Shown: positions 29,040 through 39,871, counted from the stretch's first letter. The stretch is DNA of 64,000 nt from Bacteroidales bacterium (GCA_037447215.1 JBBIHB010000008.1:39923-103922), one strand, 5' to 3'. Notes: generated by a model from the sequence alone, not told the origin. A program made the numbers and translations.

Positions 29040-30677
29040 TCAGGTTTTAGGTCTGATCCTCAACCGCTGGCCTATTTTAAGCCCCGATGTATTGGTGATG
29101 TTATTCAACCGCCTGATATCAGCGTCTGAAACACCAGGATACTTCTGGGCAATACGCCAAAGGTTATCGCCGCTTTTCACTGTGTAATATTCATATTCGC
29201 CATCGGCAACCATAGCAGGGACTGGTTGGGGCTCAATTGCAGGTGTTTGTGTGACTACCGGTTGCCCGATCAATTCCTGCTTTGCATTGAACGATAAAAG
29301 ATTAATCCGTTCATAATGCGTTTTTTTATCTTCCGGGACAAATATGGTGAGCCTCTGCCCAACCCTGATCATGTTTCGGTTGATGTGGTTCCAGTCACGC
29401 AAATCGTTAACATTCACATTAAACCACCTGGCTATATGGCCTGGTGTATCGCCCGATTTTACGGTGTAGCTGACACGGGCTTTTCCCCTGATATCTGCTG
29501 TAACGTGTGCCGCTGTTCCTGCAGATGATGAAGTTCGGGGTGTTACCAGTGTATTATTCGGGAAATAATTGTCACGGTTGTGAGCAAAAATGGCATCGTT
29601 CCGGTCGATAAATGCCGAAATATGTTCCATGGGAATCCTCAGGGGAAGTGGATTTTCAGTTGTTGCAGGAATTATGTCGCGGCGGTAAATAGGGTTCATT
29701 TCCCTGATGGCCGAAATATCGAGGTTTAGCTGGTCGGCTATCTGTTTGAAATGAAGATAATTATTCACCATGATCGTGTCGGTGGTTAGCGGAAATATAT
29801 GGGTGCGGGGCATAAGCTGATGTTCGCGGTAATAGTTCATCACATAAGTTGCAGCAATGTAAGCTGGGACGTATCCACGGGTTTCGCGCGGCAGTGCGTA
29901 ATATATCTTCCAGTAGTCGGTGTGCCCGCTGCTTCGCCTGATGGCTCTGTTTACATTGCCTGGCCCGCAGTTATCGGCTGCAATCACCAGGTGCCAGTCG
30001 CCGTATATATCATACAACTGTTTCAGATAGCGGGCAGCAGCATCAGTCGATTTCAGCACATCACGGCGCTCGTCAATAAATGTGGAAACATCCATATTAA
30101 GATATTTGGCGGTTCCATACATGATTTGCCAAAGCCCTACAGCGCCAGCCCTTGATACGGCAAATGGGTTGAGCGCCGATTCGATTATGGCCAGGTATTT
30201 CAATTCATGTGGCAGGTTATACCTATCGAAAATCTCTTCAAAAATCGGGAAAAAGAATGACGAAAGCCCAAGCATAATTTCCACCTGGTTCCGTTTACGG
30301 AAAGTGTACATTTCTATAAAATCCCGCACCACCTTGTTGTAGGCCATCGGCACGGCTGTATGCAATTTTTCGATCCGGGCAATCAATACCGAGTCGGGGA
30401 TTTGATTATCGCGTGGAATGGTAAAATCAAACTCGCTGCTGTCGGGGAGGAAAATATTGCTCACATACCAACTGTGAACCATACTGTCGAGTTTCTCGGC
30501 AAACATAGCCCTGATGACTTCGTCGGGTTCAATATAAACTGCTTGGTGCGAACTGGTATCGATGGAGGTAACAACATACTGGCCTATCCTATGGATATTC
30601 TCCTTGGCTTTTATTACCATGATCGGGAATAATATCATTGCAGGGATTGCCCAAAACTTCAGATGTCTGATCATCAT
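29040..30677 (-). CDS. Lytic transglycosylase (MltD-like) with two C-terminal LysM domains
   Basis: SLT catalytic region AIIESALNPFAVSRAGAVGLWQIMYGTAKYL. Two LysM repeats (YTVKSGDTPGHIARWFNVNVNDLRDWN; YTVKSGDNLWRIAQKY...IRRLNNI). Confidence 0.85.
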   Translation of the reverse strand: MMIRHLKFWAIPAMILFPIMVIKAKENIHRIGQYVVTSIDTSSHQAVYIEPDEVIRAMFAEKLDSMVHSWYVSNIFLPDSSEFDFTIPRDNQIPDSVLIARIEKLHTAVPMAYNKVVRDFIEMYTFRKRNQVEIMLGLSSFFFPIFEEIFDRYNLPHELKYLAIIESALNPFAVSRAGAVGLWQIMYGTAKYLNMDVSTFIDERRDVLKSTDAAARYLKQLYDIYGDWHLVIAADNCGPGNVNRAIRRSSGHTDYWKIYYALPRETRGYVPAYIAATYVMNYYREHQLMPRTHIFPLTTDTIMVNNYLHFKQIADQLNLDISAIREMNPIYRRDIIPATTENPLPLRIPMEHISAFIDRNDAIFAHNRDNYFPNNTLVTPRTSSSAGTAAHVTADIRGKARVSYTVKSGDTPGHIARWFNVNVNDLRDWNHINRNMIRVGQRLTIFVPEDKKTHYERINLLSFNAKQELIGQPVVTQTPAIEPQPVPAMVADGEYEYYTVKSGDNLWRIAQKYPGVSDADIRRLNNITNTSGLKIGQRLRIRPKT

Positions 30678-30724
30678 TTTTTTAATATTTTGAATTTTTC
30701 ATTGGTAGCTTTCAAAGATAGTGG

Positions 30725-31444
30725 TCAAAATCGAATCGTGCAATTCAAGGCAAAAATATTTTTGTTATGCAATTGATCTATTGTGGGTTGCCATTTTAGG
30801 GTGAGGTCATCGCTGATATCGAAGTTGAAAAAATGGGCGTCAACACTGGCATCAATGATATTTAATCCATAAAAACCGACTGTAAGGATTACCAGAAGAT
30901 CTCGGTTTCTTCTGAAATAATCCTGTCTTCTGAGCAGGCCATGTTTCAGCCTTTCAACATCAGATGGATTCTCAAGATTGTAATAAATGATCTGCTTCAG
31001 GTTCATGTACGATGTTGTTGAATTATCGCTATCGGTCAAATCGCGGTAAGCATTTTTACTTACCTGAAAGTTCTCGTGGTTCCAACCAATAAAATATCCA
31101 AAAGCAACAAAACCTCCATAAACCAATGGGATTTTCCAGTATTTTTTATTGTAGGCCTGCCCTAAACCAGGCAGAATAGCCGAATACATTGCCGCTTTCC
31201 GGGGAGAGTGTTCCAATTCCTCTTTTTTGAGGGGAAGTACCAGGGGTTCCTCTAGTATAGTGTCAGGGAATGCAATGCTCTGAAAAAGAGAGTCGTCTGA
31301 GAGGAATGTTGAGGCAATTGTATCGGCTGAGACAATTTTTGAAAGAATTGTATCAGGTGGCATTTCCTGACTCGGTGCATTATATGCCTGTGCCAGGATC
31401 AGGAGGGCTGTAATGAAAATAAATTGATATTTGTTTCCGGTCAC
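30725..31444 (-). CDS. DUF5683-like membrane protein
   Basis: Signal peptide plus the segment SPRKAAMYSAILPGLGQAYNKKYWKIPLVYGG. The position directly downstream of parB is typical for this Bacteroidota family. Confidence 0.65.
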   Translation of the reverse strand: MTGNKYQFIFITALLILAQAYNAPSQEMPPDTILSKIVSADTIASTFLSDDSLFQSIAFPDTILEEPLVLPLKKEELEHSPRKAAMYSAILPGLGQAYNKKYWKIPLVYGGFVAFGYFIGWNHENFQVSKNAYRDLTDSDNSTTSYMNLKQIIYYNLENPSDVERLKHGLLRRQDYFRRNRDLLVILTVGFYGLNIIDASVDAHFFNFDISDDLTLKWQPTIDQLHNKNIFALNCTIRF

Positions 31445-31504
31445 AATTATATGGTTTGCTGATCATGATATGCCGGGATTAAAACAGCGAATCACCTAGC
31501 ATTA

Positions 31505-32374
31505 TTACTTTCCTTCGAGCAATTTAACAATTTTTTGCAGTTCATCTTCCGATTTGAAAGGGATTACAATTTTCCCTTTTCCCCGATTATCGGCTGTGAG
31601 TTTTACTGCTGAAGCAAAAAAGTTATCCAGCGCTTTTTTGAAAGGCTCAAAGTGGTGGGGATACCTGGTAATCCCTTTTTTTCTGGTATCAGATTCTTTC
31701 TTTTCTTCATTCAGGTTCCGCACAATATCTTCCACCTTGCGAACCGAAAAATCGTATTTCCTGATTTGTTCGAAGATCATAACCTGGGTTTCGGCTTCAT
31801 CGATGTTCACCAGCGCTCTGGCATGACCCATCGAAAGTTCCTTGTCGATTAAACCTTTCTGGATTATGGCAGGGAGTTTCAGAAGCCTGAGAAAGTTAGC
31901 CACAGTCGATCGTTTTTTGCCTACCCTGGCGCTGAGCACTTCCTGTGTAAGGTTACACTCTTCGATAAGCCTTTGATAACTCAGTCCAATTTCAATCGGG
32001 TTAAGGTCTTCGCGCTGAATATTTTCGACCAGTGCCATTTCGAGCATCGAGTCATTATCCACTTCACGGATAAATGCAGGGATTTTCCCCAGACCAGCCA
32101 TTTGTGCCGCCCTGAACCGCCTTTCGCCGGCAATGATCTGAAATTTATTGTCTGCAATTTTCCTGAGGGTAATCGGCTGTATGAGCCCAATCTCTTTTAT
32201 CGATGAAGATAGTTCCTGGAGCGATTCCTGGTCGAAATTGGTGCGGGGTTGATATGGGTTGGCTTCAATAAGGCTCAACTCAACATCGGCGACTCCCGAA
32301 ATATGTTCTTTAACGATATCGGCATCTTCAATCAGGGCACCAAGTCCCCTGCCCAGGACACTCTTTTTTACCAT
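31505..32374 (-). CDS. parB: ParB/Spo0J chromosome-partitioning protein
   Basis: GRGLGALI start, QPRTNFD, the ParB box IIAGERRFRAA, and HTH LTQEVLSARVGKKRSTVANFLRLL. Confidence 0.93.
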   Translation of the reverse strand: MVKKSVLGRGLGALIEDADIVKEHISGVADVELSLIEANPYQPRTNFDQESLQELSSSIKEIGLIQPITLRKIADNKFQIIAGERRFRAAQMAGLGKIPAFIREVDNDSMLEMALVENIQREDLNPIEIGLSYQRLIEECNLTQEVLSARVGKKRSTVANFLRLLKLPAIIQKGLIDKELSMGHARALVNIDEAETQVMIFEQIRKYDFSVRKVEDIVRNLNEEKKESDTRKKGITRYPHHFEPFKKALDNFFASAVKLTADNRGKGKIVIPFKSEDELQKIVKLLEGK

Positions 32375-32379
32375 CTCTG

Positions 32380-33186
32380 CTATTTGTAACTGGTTAATTT
32401 TTCTTCGTTGTGCATGGTGGTCAGGCCATTACGCTGCAAAATTTCTCGGGCCAGGTTCATATGGTTTATGGCACCTTTTGAACTGGCATCATATAGTACT
32501 ACCGGCTTTCCGTGACTTGGAGCCTCGCTTAGTTTAACATTTCGTTGAATCACCGTTTCGAATACCATATCCTGAAAATGGCGCTTCACTTCTTCATATA
32601 CCTGGTTCGACAGGTTAAGCCTCGAGTCGTACATGGTCAGAAGGAATCCTTCAATGTCGAGGGAGGTATTCAGGCGGTTCTGGATAATCTTAATGGTATT
32701 CAGCAGTTTCCCCAGACCTTCGAGGGCAAAATACTCACATTGAACGGGAATGATAACCGAGTCGGCTGCAGTGAGCGCATTCACGGTAATAAGCCCTAAA
32801 GATGGTGAACAGTCAATCAGGATAAAATCATATTCGCCTTTCAAACCTTCAATGGTGTGTTTCAATACTTTTTCGCGGTTGGGCAGGTTGAGCATTTCAA
32901 TTTCTGCACCCACCAGGTCAATATGGGAGGGTATCAGGTCAAGGTTGGCAATATCGGTATGAAGGATAATCTTCCGGATGTCGATTTCGTCCACAATACA
33001 TTCGTAAATGCTTGTTTTTATGGTTTTCAGGTCGAATCCTAAACCCGATGTGGCATTGGCCTGTGGATCGGCATCTATCACCAGTACTTTTTTCTCGAGC
33101 ACTGCCAGGCTGGCAGCCAGGTTGATTGTTGTGGTTGTTTTGCCAACTCCGCCTTTCTGGTTGGCCAAAGCTATGATCTTACCCAT
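32380..33186 (-). CDS. parA: ParA/Soj partitioning ATPase
   Basis: Deviant Walker A NQKGGVGKTTT, IDADPQANAT, and DFILIDCSPSLG. Confidence 0.93.
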   Translation of the reverse strand: MGKIIALANQKGGVGKTTTTINLAASLAVLEKKVLVIDADPQANATSGLGFDLKTIKTSIYECIVDEIDIRKIILHTDIANLDLIPSHIDLVGAEIEMLNLPNREKVLKHTIEGLKGEYDFILIDCSPSLGLITVNALTAADSVIIPVQCEYFALEGLGKLLNTIKIIQNRLNTSLDIEGFLLTMYDSRLNLSNQVYEEVKRHFQDMVFETVIQRNVKLSEAPSHGKPVVLYDASSKGAINHMNLAREILQRNGLTTMHNEEKLTSYK

Positions 33187-33276
33187 ATAAAATGATTATT
33201 TTGACGCGGGTCAAAGTTATAATTTTTTAAAAAATGGCTGAATTCATATTATCCGGTTGTATTCTGAACTGAAGAA

Positions 33277-34284
33277 TTATTTTTGAACAGTGAAATCGGA
33301 TTTTTCAAGTTCATTCAATAAAACCGAACGGTCGATGGGAACTACACCCACTTTTTCGCATACCAGGCCACCAGCAATATTCGACAATAATGCCATTAAC
33401 ATGGGTTCAACACCTGCCGCAAGGCACAGGCTTGAAACACTTAAAACCGTATCGCCCGCCCCCGAAACATCGGCAATGTACCTGATCTGGGCAGGGTAAT
33501 ATGTCTGGCTTACACTATTGCTCAGGAAAACTCCCAGTTCGGAAAGCGTAATGAAAATGAATTTGAAGAATTTTTCCATTTTGTAGTGCTCGGCTGCTTT
33601 CTTTAATGATTCAATATCGCCTTTTCTGATGTTCTGCCCAATCCCTTCTGTAAATTCCTTAAAGTTGGGTTTGAAAAGGTCAACATGATCGTAAATCTGA
33701 AAATTCCGTTTTTTGGGATCAACCGCAATAGGTATGTTTTTGGTCTGGGCTAAAACCTGAACTTTCTTGAACAGGGATGGGGTTATTACACCTTTATCGT
33801 AATCCACAAATATTATTACATCAATCTTGCGGTTTTCAATTGTTCTTTTAATCGAATTGTATATTAAAAGCTCAAGGTCAGAGTCAACAAATTCAGTCGA
33901 TTCTTCATCCACACGTGCAATATGCTGTCCTCCGCTGATGATGCGGCTTTTTACGGTTGTTATCCGATGCGGGTCGATAAATATACCATCGGTGGAGAGG
34001 TTGTTTTTTTCCATCAGTTTCCTGAACCTGCGGCCTTTTTCATCATCGCCAATGACGGAAAATAGCAAAGGGGTTGCACCCAGTGCCTGTAGGTTTAGCG
34101 ATACATTGGCTGCACCGCCAAGACGGCTCTCTTTTTTCATAACCGATACAATGGGAATGGGCGCTTCGGGCGATACCCTTTCAACTTTTCCCCATAAATA
34201 ACTGTCAACCATTGCATCGCCGATAACAAGGACGGTAATCTTTTCAAATTTGCTAAACAGTTGTTGTATCTCTGTTTTATCCAC
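33277..34284 (-). CDS. PfkB-family carbohydrate kinase, RfaE domain-I-like (D-glycero-beta-D-manno-heptose-7-phosphate kinase)
   Basis: VLVIGDAMVDSY.WG.V.R.SPEAPIPIV, GGAANV, and the C-terminal DVSGAGDTV motif. There is no adenylyltransferase domain. Confidence 0.7.
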   Translation of the reverse strand: MDKTEIQQLFSKFEKITVLVIGDAMVDSYLWGKVERVSPEAPIPIVSVMKKESRLGGAANVSLNLQALGATPLLFSVIGDDEKGRRFRKLMEKNNLSTDGIFIDPHRITTVKSRIISGGQHIARVDEESTEFVDSDLELLIYNSIKRTIENRKIDVIIFVDYDKGVITPSLFKKVQVLAQTKNIPIAVDPKKRNFQIYDHVDLFKPNFKEFTEGIGQNIRKGDIESLKKAAEHYKMEKFFKFIFITLSELGVFLSNSVSQTYYPAQIRYIADVSGAGDTVLSVSSLCLAAGVEPMLMALLSNIAGGLVCEKVGVVPIDRSVLLNELEKSDFTVQK

Positions 34285-34382
34285 GTGATTTTCTTAATAA
34301 ACCGCAAAAGTAAGAAAAATTAATTGAGTGAAAGAAGCTAAAACAGGCTTAACTTTCAATATAAGGCCGTTTATTATCCCTT

Positions 34383-36671
34383 TTACACCGGATCTACATC
34401 AATCTGGATGATCAAAGCACTGTTGCCCGGAAGTTTCCTGATTGTTTCAGTATTGTGCAGTATATTTTCCTTTATTTCCTGAAGGTTTTGCGAACGGGGA
34501 ATTTTTAACCAGAACTCCTTGATGTGGAATTGCTGTACCCGGCCAACTAGCGGATATTCAGGGCCGAGTACCCTGTAACTCTTATTCGCTCTCAGCAGCC
34601 TTCCAAGTTCCATGGAAGATGAATCGAGCTGGGCAGGGTATTTATGTTTGACCGTTATTTTGATCATTCTCGACCAGGGTGGATAAAAGAATGCTTTTCT
34701 TTCGAAGATATGGTGGTTAAAAAAACCTTCATAGTCATCTTTTTTCAGGTGTTCAATAACCGGATGAAGCGGTTGCGATGTTTGAATTATCACTTTTCCT
34801 TCAACCTCTTTTCTCCCCGACCTGCCACTAACCTGATGTATGAGCTGGAAAGCCCTTTCGTGTGCCCTGAATTCAGGAAAGTTGAGGAGGTTGTCGGCAT
34901 TCAATACCCCCACCAGCCCAACGTGTTCAATATCCAATCCCTTTGTAACCATTTGTGTACCGATAAGGATATCAATTTTCCGGGTTTCCATTTGATGTAT
35001 AATCCGTTCAAAAGCTTTTTTTGATTGGGTGGAATCGAAGTCCATGCGGGTCAACCGGGCCGATGGAAACAATTTGTATAGTTCATCTTCAACTTTTTCA
35101 GTTCCCATTCCTCGAGTTTTCAGGCTGGCCGATCCGCAGCGGATACATTGCAGCGGTTCGGCAATATGATGGCCACAGTAATGGCACGATAACCTCCTGT
35201 GTTTTTTGTGTAAGGTCATACTCACATCGCAGTTTACACACCAGGGAATCCATCCACAATCCATACATTCGATGTAAGGTGAATAGCCCCTCCGGTTTTG
35301 GAATAATATGACCTGATGCCCCGATTCCAATGTTTCGCCAATGCTTTTATGAAGCTCTGGTGTGAGCATCGATTTCATTTGCTTCCGCTTAAATGCATAC
35401 TGGATGTCTGCAACAACAACCTGTGGCATTTTTGCAACACCATGCCTTTTTGCAAGTTTTACCATTCCGTATTTCCCGTTCAGGGCATTGTGGTAGGTTT
35501 CAAACGAAGGTGTAGCTGAACCGAGCAATACCTTTGCGTTGTGTTGTTGTCCAAGTACAACAGCAGTGTCACGGGCATGGTACCGGGGGGCAGGGTCGTG
35601 CTGTTTATATGAGTTCTCATGTTCTTCGTCAACCACAATGAGCCCTAAACTGCTGAAAGGCAGGAATATGGCTGATCGTGCCCCCAGGATCACCTGGTAG
35701 CCTTTATTCTGACCTGGTTCGAATTGGAGGACCTTGTTCCAAATTTCTACCCGTTCGGCATCATTCATTTTTGAATGATATACACCTACTTTGTTCCCGA
35801 AAACCTTTTTCAGGCGGGCAACAATCTGAGAGGTCAGTGCAATTTCAGGTACAAGGTAAAGCACCTGCCGCCCGGCTCTGCAGACTTCTTCCATCAAGTG
35901 AATATATATTTCGGTTTTTCCACTGGCGGTTACACCATGGATCAGCACAGTTGCCCATTTCTCAAACGCTGACCTGATTTGTGACAAAGCCAGTTCCTGC
36001 CATTCGTTCAGAAGGTTCATGCCTGTTTGGATGCTGTTGTGCGTTTCGAGCCTTGAAACAACCTCTGTTCGGGCAATCAGGTATTTTTTCTTTATTAACT
36101 GGTTCAGCACCCCTTCATTCGATCCGGTGGTCTTCAGGAATGCCTTACGCTCAAGTTGGGGGATTTTGTCCTCAAAGAATAAATTGGTTATATGTGCGAA
36201 TTGTATAAGAAGGTCCCTTTGTTTTGGCGCTTTTGATATTTCTGCCAATACCTGTTCCCATTTTTCAGGTTGAGCAATTTCAGGGTTAATACAAACGATG
36301 GTTTGTGTTTTTGCATGATATTTTTCCTCCATGATGCCATCTCTGCCTTCGAGCTTCATTGCCGAAGGCAATGCAGCATTCATCACTTCTCCAATCGAAC
36401 ACATGTAATAATCTAGTATCCAGTTCCAAAGATCAAGGTTGACCTGTTTGATAACCGGTTCATCGTCGAGCAGTGCATCAATGGGTTTTATTACGAAATC
36501 TGAAGTATGGGATGAAGTGATTGCTGTAATCAATGCCGAGTAATTCTTTTTTTTTCCGAATTGCACAACAACCCTCATACCTGGTTTTACCTTATCTTGC
36601 AAAGGTTCCGGAATTTGATAGGTAAACCGCTCATGGAGAGGTAATGGCAATATAACTTCGGCAAATAACAT
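34383..36671 (-). CDS. priA: Primosomal protein N' (replication restart helicase)
   Basis: MLFAEVILPLPL... start. Walker A HGVTASGKTE, DEEH box, the zinc-binding C..C...C..C cluster (CMDCGWIPWCVNCDVSMTLH...LSCHYCG), and helicase C motifs. The start is trimmed from 36803, which removes the overlap with ispH. Confidence 0.92.
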   Translation of the reverse strand: MLFAEVILPLPLHERFTYQIPEPLQDKVKPGMRVVVQFGKKKNYSALITAITSSHTSDFVIKPIDALLDDEPVIKQVNLDLWNWILDYYMCSIGEVMNAALPSAMKLEGRDGIMEEKYHAKTQTIVCINPEIAQPEKWEQVLAEISKAPKQRDLLIQFAHITNLFFEDKIPQLERKAFLKTTGSNEGVLNQLIKKKYLIARTEVVSRLETHNSIQTGMNLLNEWQELALSQIRSAFEKWATVLIHGVTASGKTEIYIHLMEEVCRAGRQVLYLVPEIALTSQIVARLKKVFGNKVGVYHSKMNDAERVEIWNKVLQFEPGQNKGYQVILGARSAIFLPFSSLGLIVVDEEHENSYKQHDPAPRYHARDTAVVLGQQHNAKVLLGSATPSFETYHNALNGKYGMVKLAKRHGVAKMPQVVVADIQYAFKRKQMKSMLTPELHKSIGETLESGHQVILFQNRRGYSPYIECMDCGWIPWCVNCDVSMTLHKKHRRLSCHYCGHHIAEPLQCIRCGSASLKTRGMGTEKVEDELYKLFPSARLTRMDFDSTQSKKAFERIIHQMETRKIDILIGTQMVTKGLDIEHVGLVGVLNADNLLNFPEFRAHERAFQLIHQVSGRSGRKEVEGKVIIQTSQPLHPVIEHLKKDDYEGFFNHHIFERKAFFYPPWSRMIKITVKHKYPAQLDSSSMELGRLLRANKSYRVLGPEYPLVGRVQQFHIKEFWLKIPRSQNLQEIKENILHNTETIRKLPGNSALIIQIDVDPV

Positions 36672-36733
36672 GGGTCGATTAAAAAAATTACTGAAGAGGT
36701 AAAGGTAACATAAATGATAAAAAGAATTGCAGA

Positions 36734-37594
36734 TTAAACCATGCTGGAAACAAAATCTGCCACCTCTTCCATCAACCATTGCGGAGTTGAAGTTGCACCG
36801 CATATACCAACTGAACTTACCCCTTTAAACCAGGTGGGGTCGATTTCGGAGGTGTTTGAAATGGAATAACTCTGTGGATTAGCCTTGCGGCACACATCGA
36901 AAAGTAGCGCTCCGTTTGAGCTTTTCTTGCCGGTAACAAACAGTATCACTTCAAATGATGCGGCAAACTGCATGATGTGGGGCACACGGTTTGATACATG
37001 CCTGCAGATGGTATCCTTTATTTCGACCGGAACATTTTCGCCCGCCCGTTCAATTATGGCATCGGCTAATTCACTAAAACCTTCCAATGGTTTGGTTGTT
37101 TGCGAATAAAGGGCTATTGGTTTATCGAAATCAACTTTGTCAAGGTCGGCGGTGCTTTCTACAATTATGGCTCTATATCCGGTTTGTCCGTTAAGTCCTT
37201 CCACTTCAGCATGGCCTGGCTTTCCATAAATTAAAAGCTGTCCGTCGTTGTCATTTAACTGATCAAACGATTTTCTGATTTTTTTCTGAATGGATGAAAC
37301 CACCGGGCACGTTGCATCGATCAGCCTGATTTTGTTGGCTTCGGCATAAGCATATGTTTCCGGTGGTTCGCCATGTGCCCTTATCAGTACCCGGCAATTT
37401 TTCATAGTGAAAAACTCTTTGCGGGTAATGGTTTTCATCCCTTTACCGGCTAGACGCTGAACTTCTTCCTGATTGTGGACTATGTAACCAAGACAGTATA
37501 GCGTACCTTCTGATTCGAGTTCATTTTCGGCTTTTTTGATGGCATTCAATACCCCGAAACAGAACCCCGATTTTTTGTCGATCTCCACTTTCAT
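36734..37594 (-). CDS. ispH: 4-hydroxy-3-methylbut-2-enyl diphosphate reductase
   Basis: GFCFGV, IRAHG, IDATCP.V and IVHN motifs. ATG 37594 overlaps the cmk stop (ATGA). Confidence 0.92.
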   Translation of the reverse strand: MKVEIDKKSGFCFGVLNAIKKAENELESEGTLYCLGYIVHNQEEVQRLAGKGMKTITRKEFFTMKNCRVLIRAHGEPPETYAYAEANKIRLIDATCPVVSSIQKKIRKSFDQLNDNDGQLLIYGKPGHAEVEGLNGQTGYRAIIVESTADLDKVDFDKPIALYSQTTKPLEGFSELADAIIERAGENVPVEIKDTICRHVSNRVPHIMQFAASFEVILFVTGKKSSNGALLFDVCRKANPQSYSISNTSEIDPTWFKGVSSVGICGATSTPQWLMEEVADFVSSMV

Positions 37595-38289
37595 GATGAA
37601 AGAATTTTTTCCCTTGCTTTGGTTTCTGCCCATTTCAATTGTTCATCCGGAGTAAGGTAACTGTTGTCGAGTATAATGGCATCATCGGCTTTTCTCAGGG
37701 GGCTTTCTTCCCTGTTCTGGTCAATAAAATCACGTTCTTCAATATTTTTCCTGATCTCATCCATTGATACAGTAAGGCCTTTCTCTTTGAGTTCTATAAA
37801 ACGTCGCAAAGTCCTGATTTCAGGTTGAGCTGTCATAAATATCTTCAGTTCGGCACCGGGAAAAACTACAGTACCAATGTCGCGACCGTCCATAACAATT
37901 CCCTTATCCTTCCCCATCTGTTGCTGAAGTTTCACCATAGCTTTGCGTACCTCTTTAATTGTACTCACCGGGCTCACATTCTCCGAAACCTGGAGTTGCC
38001 TGATCTCTTCCTCGATGTTTTCTCCATACAGAAATGTAGTATTTTGTTCTGTGTCAGGGTTAAACCGGAAAGAGATATTTATCTGGTCAATGGCATTGAT
38101 TATTGCCCCGTTATCGGGTACTCCATTCCTGATCCATTTTTTGCGCAGGGCAAAAAGGGTGACTGCCCTGTACATAGCACCGCTGTCGATATAGATATAT
38201 CTTAGTTTCCGTGCAAGCGATTTGGCCAAAGTGCTTTTACCGCACGATGAGAAACCATCAATGGCTATAACAATTTTTTTTTCAGGCAT
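37591..38289 (-). CDS. cmk: Cytidylate kinase
   Basis: IAIDGFSSCGKSTLAK P-loop, YIDSGAMYRA, and DGRDIGTVVFP. The start is trimmed to ATG 38289. Confidence 0.92.
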   Translation of the reverse strand: MPEKKIVIAIDGFSSCGKSTLAKSLARKLRYIYIDSGAMYRAVTLFALRKKWIRNGVPDNGAIINAIDQINISFRFNPDTEQNTTFLYGENIEEEIRQLQVSENVSPVSTIKEVRKAMVKLQQQMGKDKGIVMDGRDIGTVVFPGAELKIFMTAQPEIRTLRRFIELKEKGLTVSMDEIRKNIEERDFIDQNREESPLRKADDAIILDNSYLTPDEQLKWAETKAREKILSS

Positions 38290-38299
38290 TTTTGATCTT

Positions 38300-39328
38300 T
38301 TAGTATATTTGGTTCCCAATATTGAATGCCAGGGAAAAGTGGTTCGACGAGCCGGCAATATGATAGCGGGTGGTGGCATAATCGAGTCTGAACCTTTTGA
38401 TTTTTACCCCGAAACCCAGAGAGAAGCCCACGGTCGATAATCGTTCTTCCACTTTAAGTTCCTGCCTGAGATGGTAATTGTATCCGGTGCGAATGGAAAA
38501 AGCAGGCGATGGCATGATTTCCATGCCAACAATCAGATGTCGCATGATTTGTTTGGCTATAGGTTCTGCAGGTTCGATGAATAATTCCTCGCCTGTAAGC
38601 GGTTCTTCTTCCGGTTTAGCCAAAGGCCAGTTGTTCAGGTTGTGAGCTGTTAAAGAAATAACAAGTGGTGCATAGGCCAGTTTCTGCGAAATGCCGGCCA
38701 GCAGGTCAAAGGGTAGTGATTCCCTTTCCCCCGAATCGTAGTAAGTAGTAAATTGTGTCCCAAAATTCCGGGCTACCATCCCAAATGTTGTGAGCCGGTT
38801 TTCAGATAACCATGATATACCTGCATCGAAAGCTATTCCCGATGATTGGTATTTTTCAAACACCGATAAAACCGGTTTTATATTGACGCCATACCTCCAC
38901 CGCTTGTATTCGTTCGACCACATCAGGTTCAGGGCGTATTCGGCAGCCTTGAAAAAATTTCCTGTAATTTTACCCTCTTCGGTGGTTTCAGTGAAATTTC
39001 CATAATTGATATAATGCATGCCTGCTGCCAGAGTCCCAAATTTCAGCGGAATTGCATAGGATGCATATCCGTAATTTACATCGGAAAGGTAATTGACATA
39101 GTTTACCAAAACCTGCCGCGACATTGTTCCCCTGAGCAATGAAGGGTTGTGAAACGGAAGGTTCAGGTCGGCCGAATCGTTGATGGCAACATGGTTGCCG
39201 CCTAATGAAGCAACCCTTGCTGAATTGGTAAGGGTAAGGAACCGGTAGGTATTTTCACCCCCGATCTGTGCCGCAGCATGTATTGTAATAACAAGAAAAA
39301 GAATGAAAATTATGGTTGCTTGCCGCAT
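38300..39328 (-). CDS. porQ: Type IX secretion system outer-membrane protein PorQ (probable)
   Basis: Signal peptide followed by GGENTYRFLTLTNSARVASLGGNHVAI...FHNPSLL, and a beta-barrel pattern to the C-terminus. The call rests on recalled family resemblance and the usual cmk adjacency. Confidence 0.65.
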   Translation of the reverse strand: MRQATIIFILFLVITIHAAAQIGGENTYRFLTLTNSARVASLGGNHVAINDSADLNLPFHNPSLLRGTMSRQVLVNYVNYLSDVNYGYASYAIPLKFGTLAAGMHYINYGNFTETTEEGKITGNFFKAAEYALNLMWSNEYKRWRYGVNIKPVLSVFEKYQSSGIAFDAGISWLSENRLTTFGMVARNFGTQFTTYYDSGERESLPFDLLAGISQKLAYAPLVISLTAHNLNNWPLAKPEEEPLTGEELFIEPAEPIAKQIMRHLIVGMEIMPSPAFSIRTGYNYHLRQELKVEERLSTVGFSLGFGVKIKRFRLDYATTRYHIAGSSNHFSLAFNIGNQIY

Positions 39329-39342
39329 TTCAGAATATTTTT

Positions 39343-39864
39343 TCAATAACGGCAAAGATATCCAAATATTACTTTTTTCAGTTCATCAACAATTTCGAAT
39401 GCGACCGGGCAGGTTTCACAATTTTTATGGGTGAGGTCTAAAATCTGAATAAAGCGGTTGCGGTTGGTATGTGGGTATTCCAGGCAGGCTTTTGGCCGGC
39501 TTGCATAAACCTTGCAGGCATTGTCGGGCATCAGAAAGGGACAGGGGTGGCCTTCAAAAACCAGATCGTTGTCTTGGTCGGCAACAATAAATTTCGAATA
39601 GAAATCCGAAGGTTTCATTTTCAGGTACCTGGACATTCTTTCGATATCCTGATTTGACAGTCGTGGCCCAAGTGTTTTACAGCAGTTGGCACATTCGAGG
39701 CAATTGAAAACTGAAAAAGCATCATTATGTAATTGATGGACAATCTTATCGAGGTTTTCAGGTTTCTTTTTTTTAAGCTGCTTCAAAAAAAGGGAAGTTT
39801 CCTTTTTGTTTTGAGATATAAGTTTTTTAAGTTCTTCTGGAGATTTATATTCAATTTTTCTCAT
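39343..39864 (-). CDS. YkgJ-family cysteine-cluster protein
   Basis: CxxCxxCC motif (FNCLECANCCKTLGP) and a second Cys set (HPCPFL...NACKVY). The start is trimmed to ATG 39864. Confidence 0.7.
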   Translation of the reverse strand: MRKIEYKSPEELKKLISQNKKETSLFLKQLKKKKPENLDKIVHQLHNDAFSVFNCLECANCCKTLGPRLSNQDIERMSRYLKMKPSDFYSKFIVADQDNDLVFEGHPCPFLMPDNACKVYASRPKACLEYPHTNRNRFIQILDLTHKNCETCPVAFEIVDELKKVIFGYLCRY

Positions 39865-39871
39865 GGTACAA

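Noticed and set aside
36672-36803. N-terminal extensions in the ORF track (priA to 36803, cmk to 38379, sucC from 26016, GH9 from 1662, meaB from 11396, and others)
   Set aside because: The extensions start at the first in-frame start-like codon, overlap neighbouring genes and encode junk. Internal ATGs give canonical N-termini or signal peptides and remove the overlaps.
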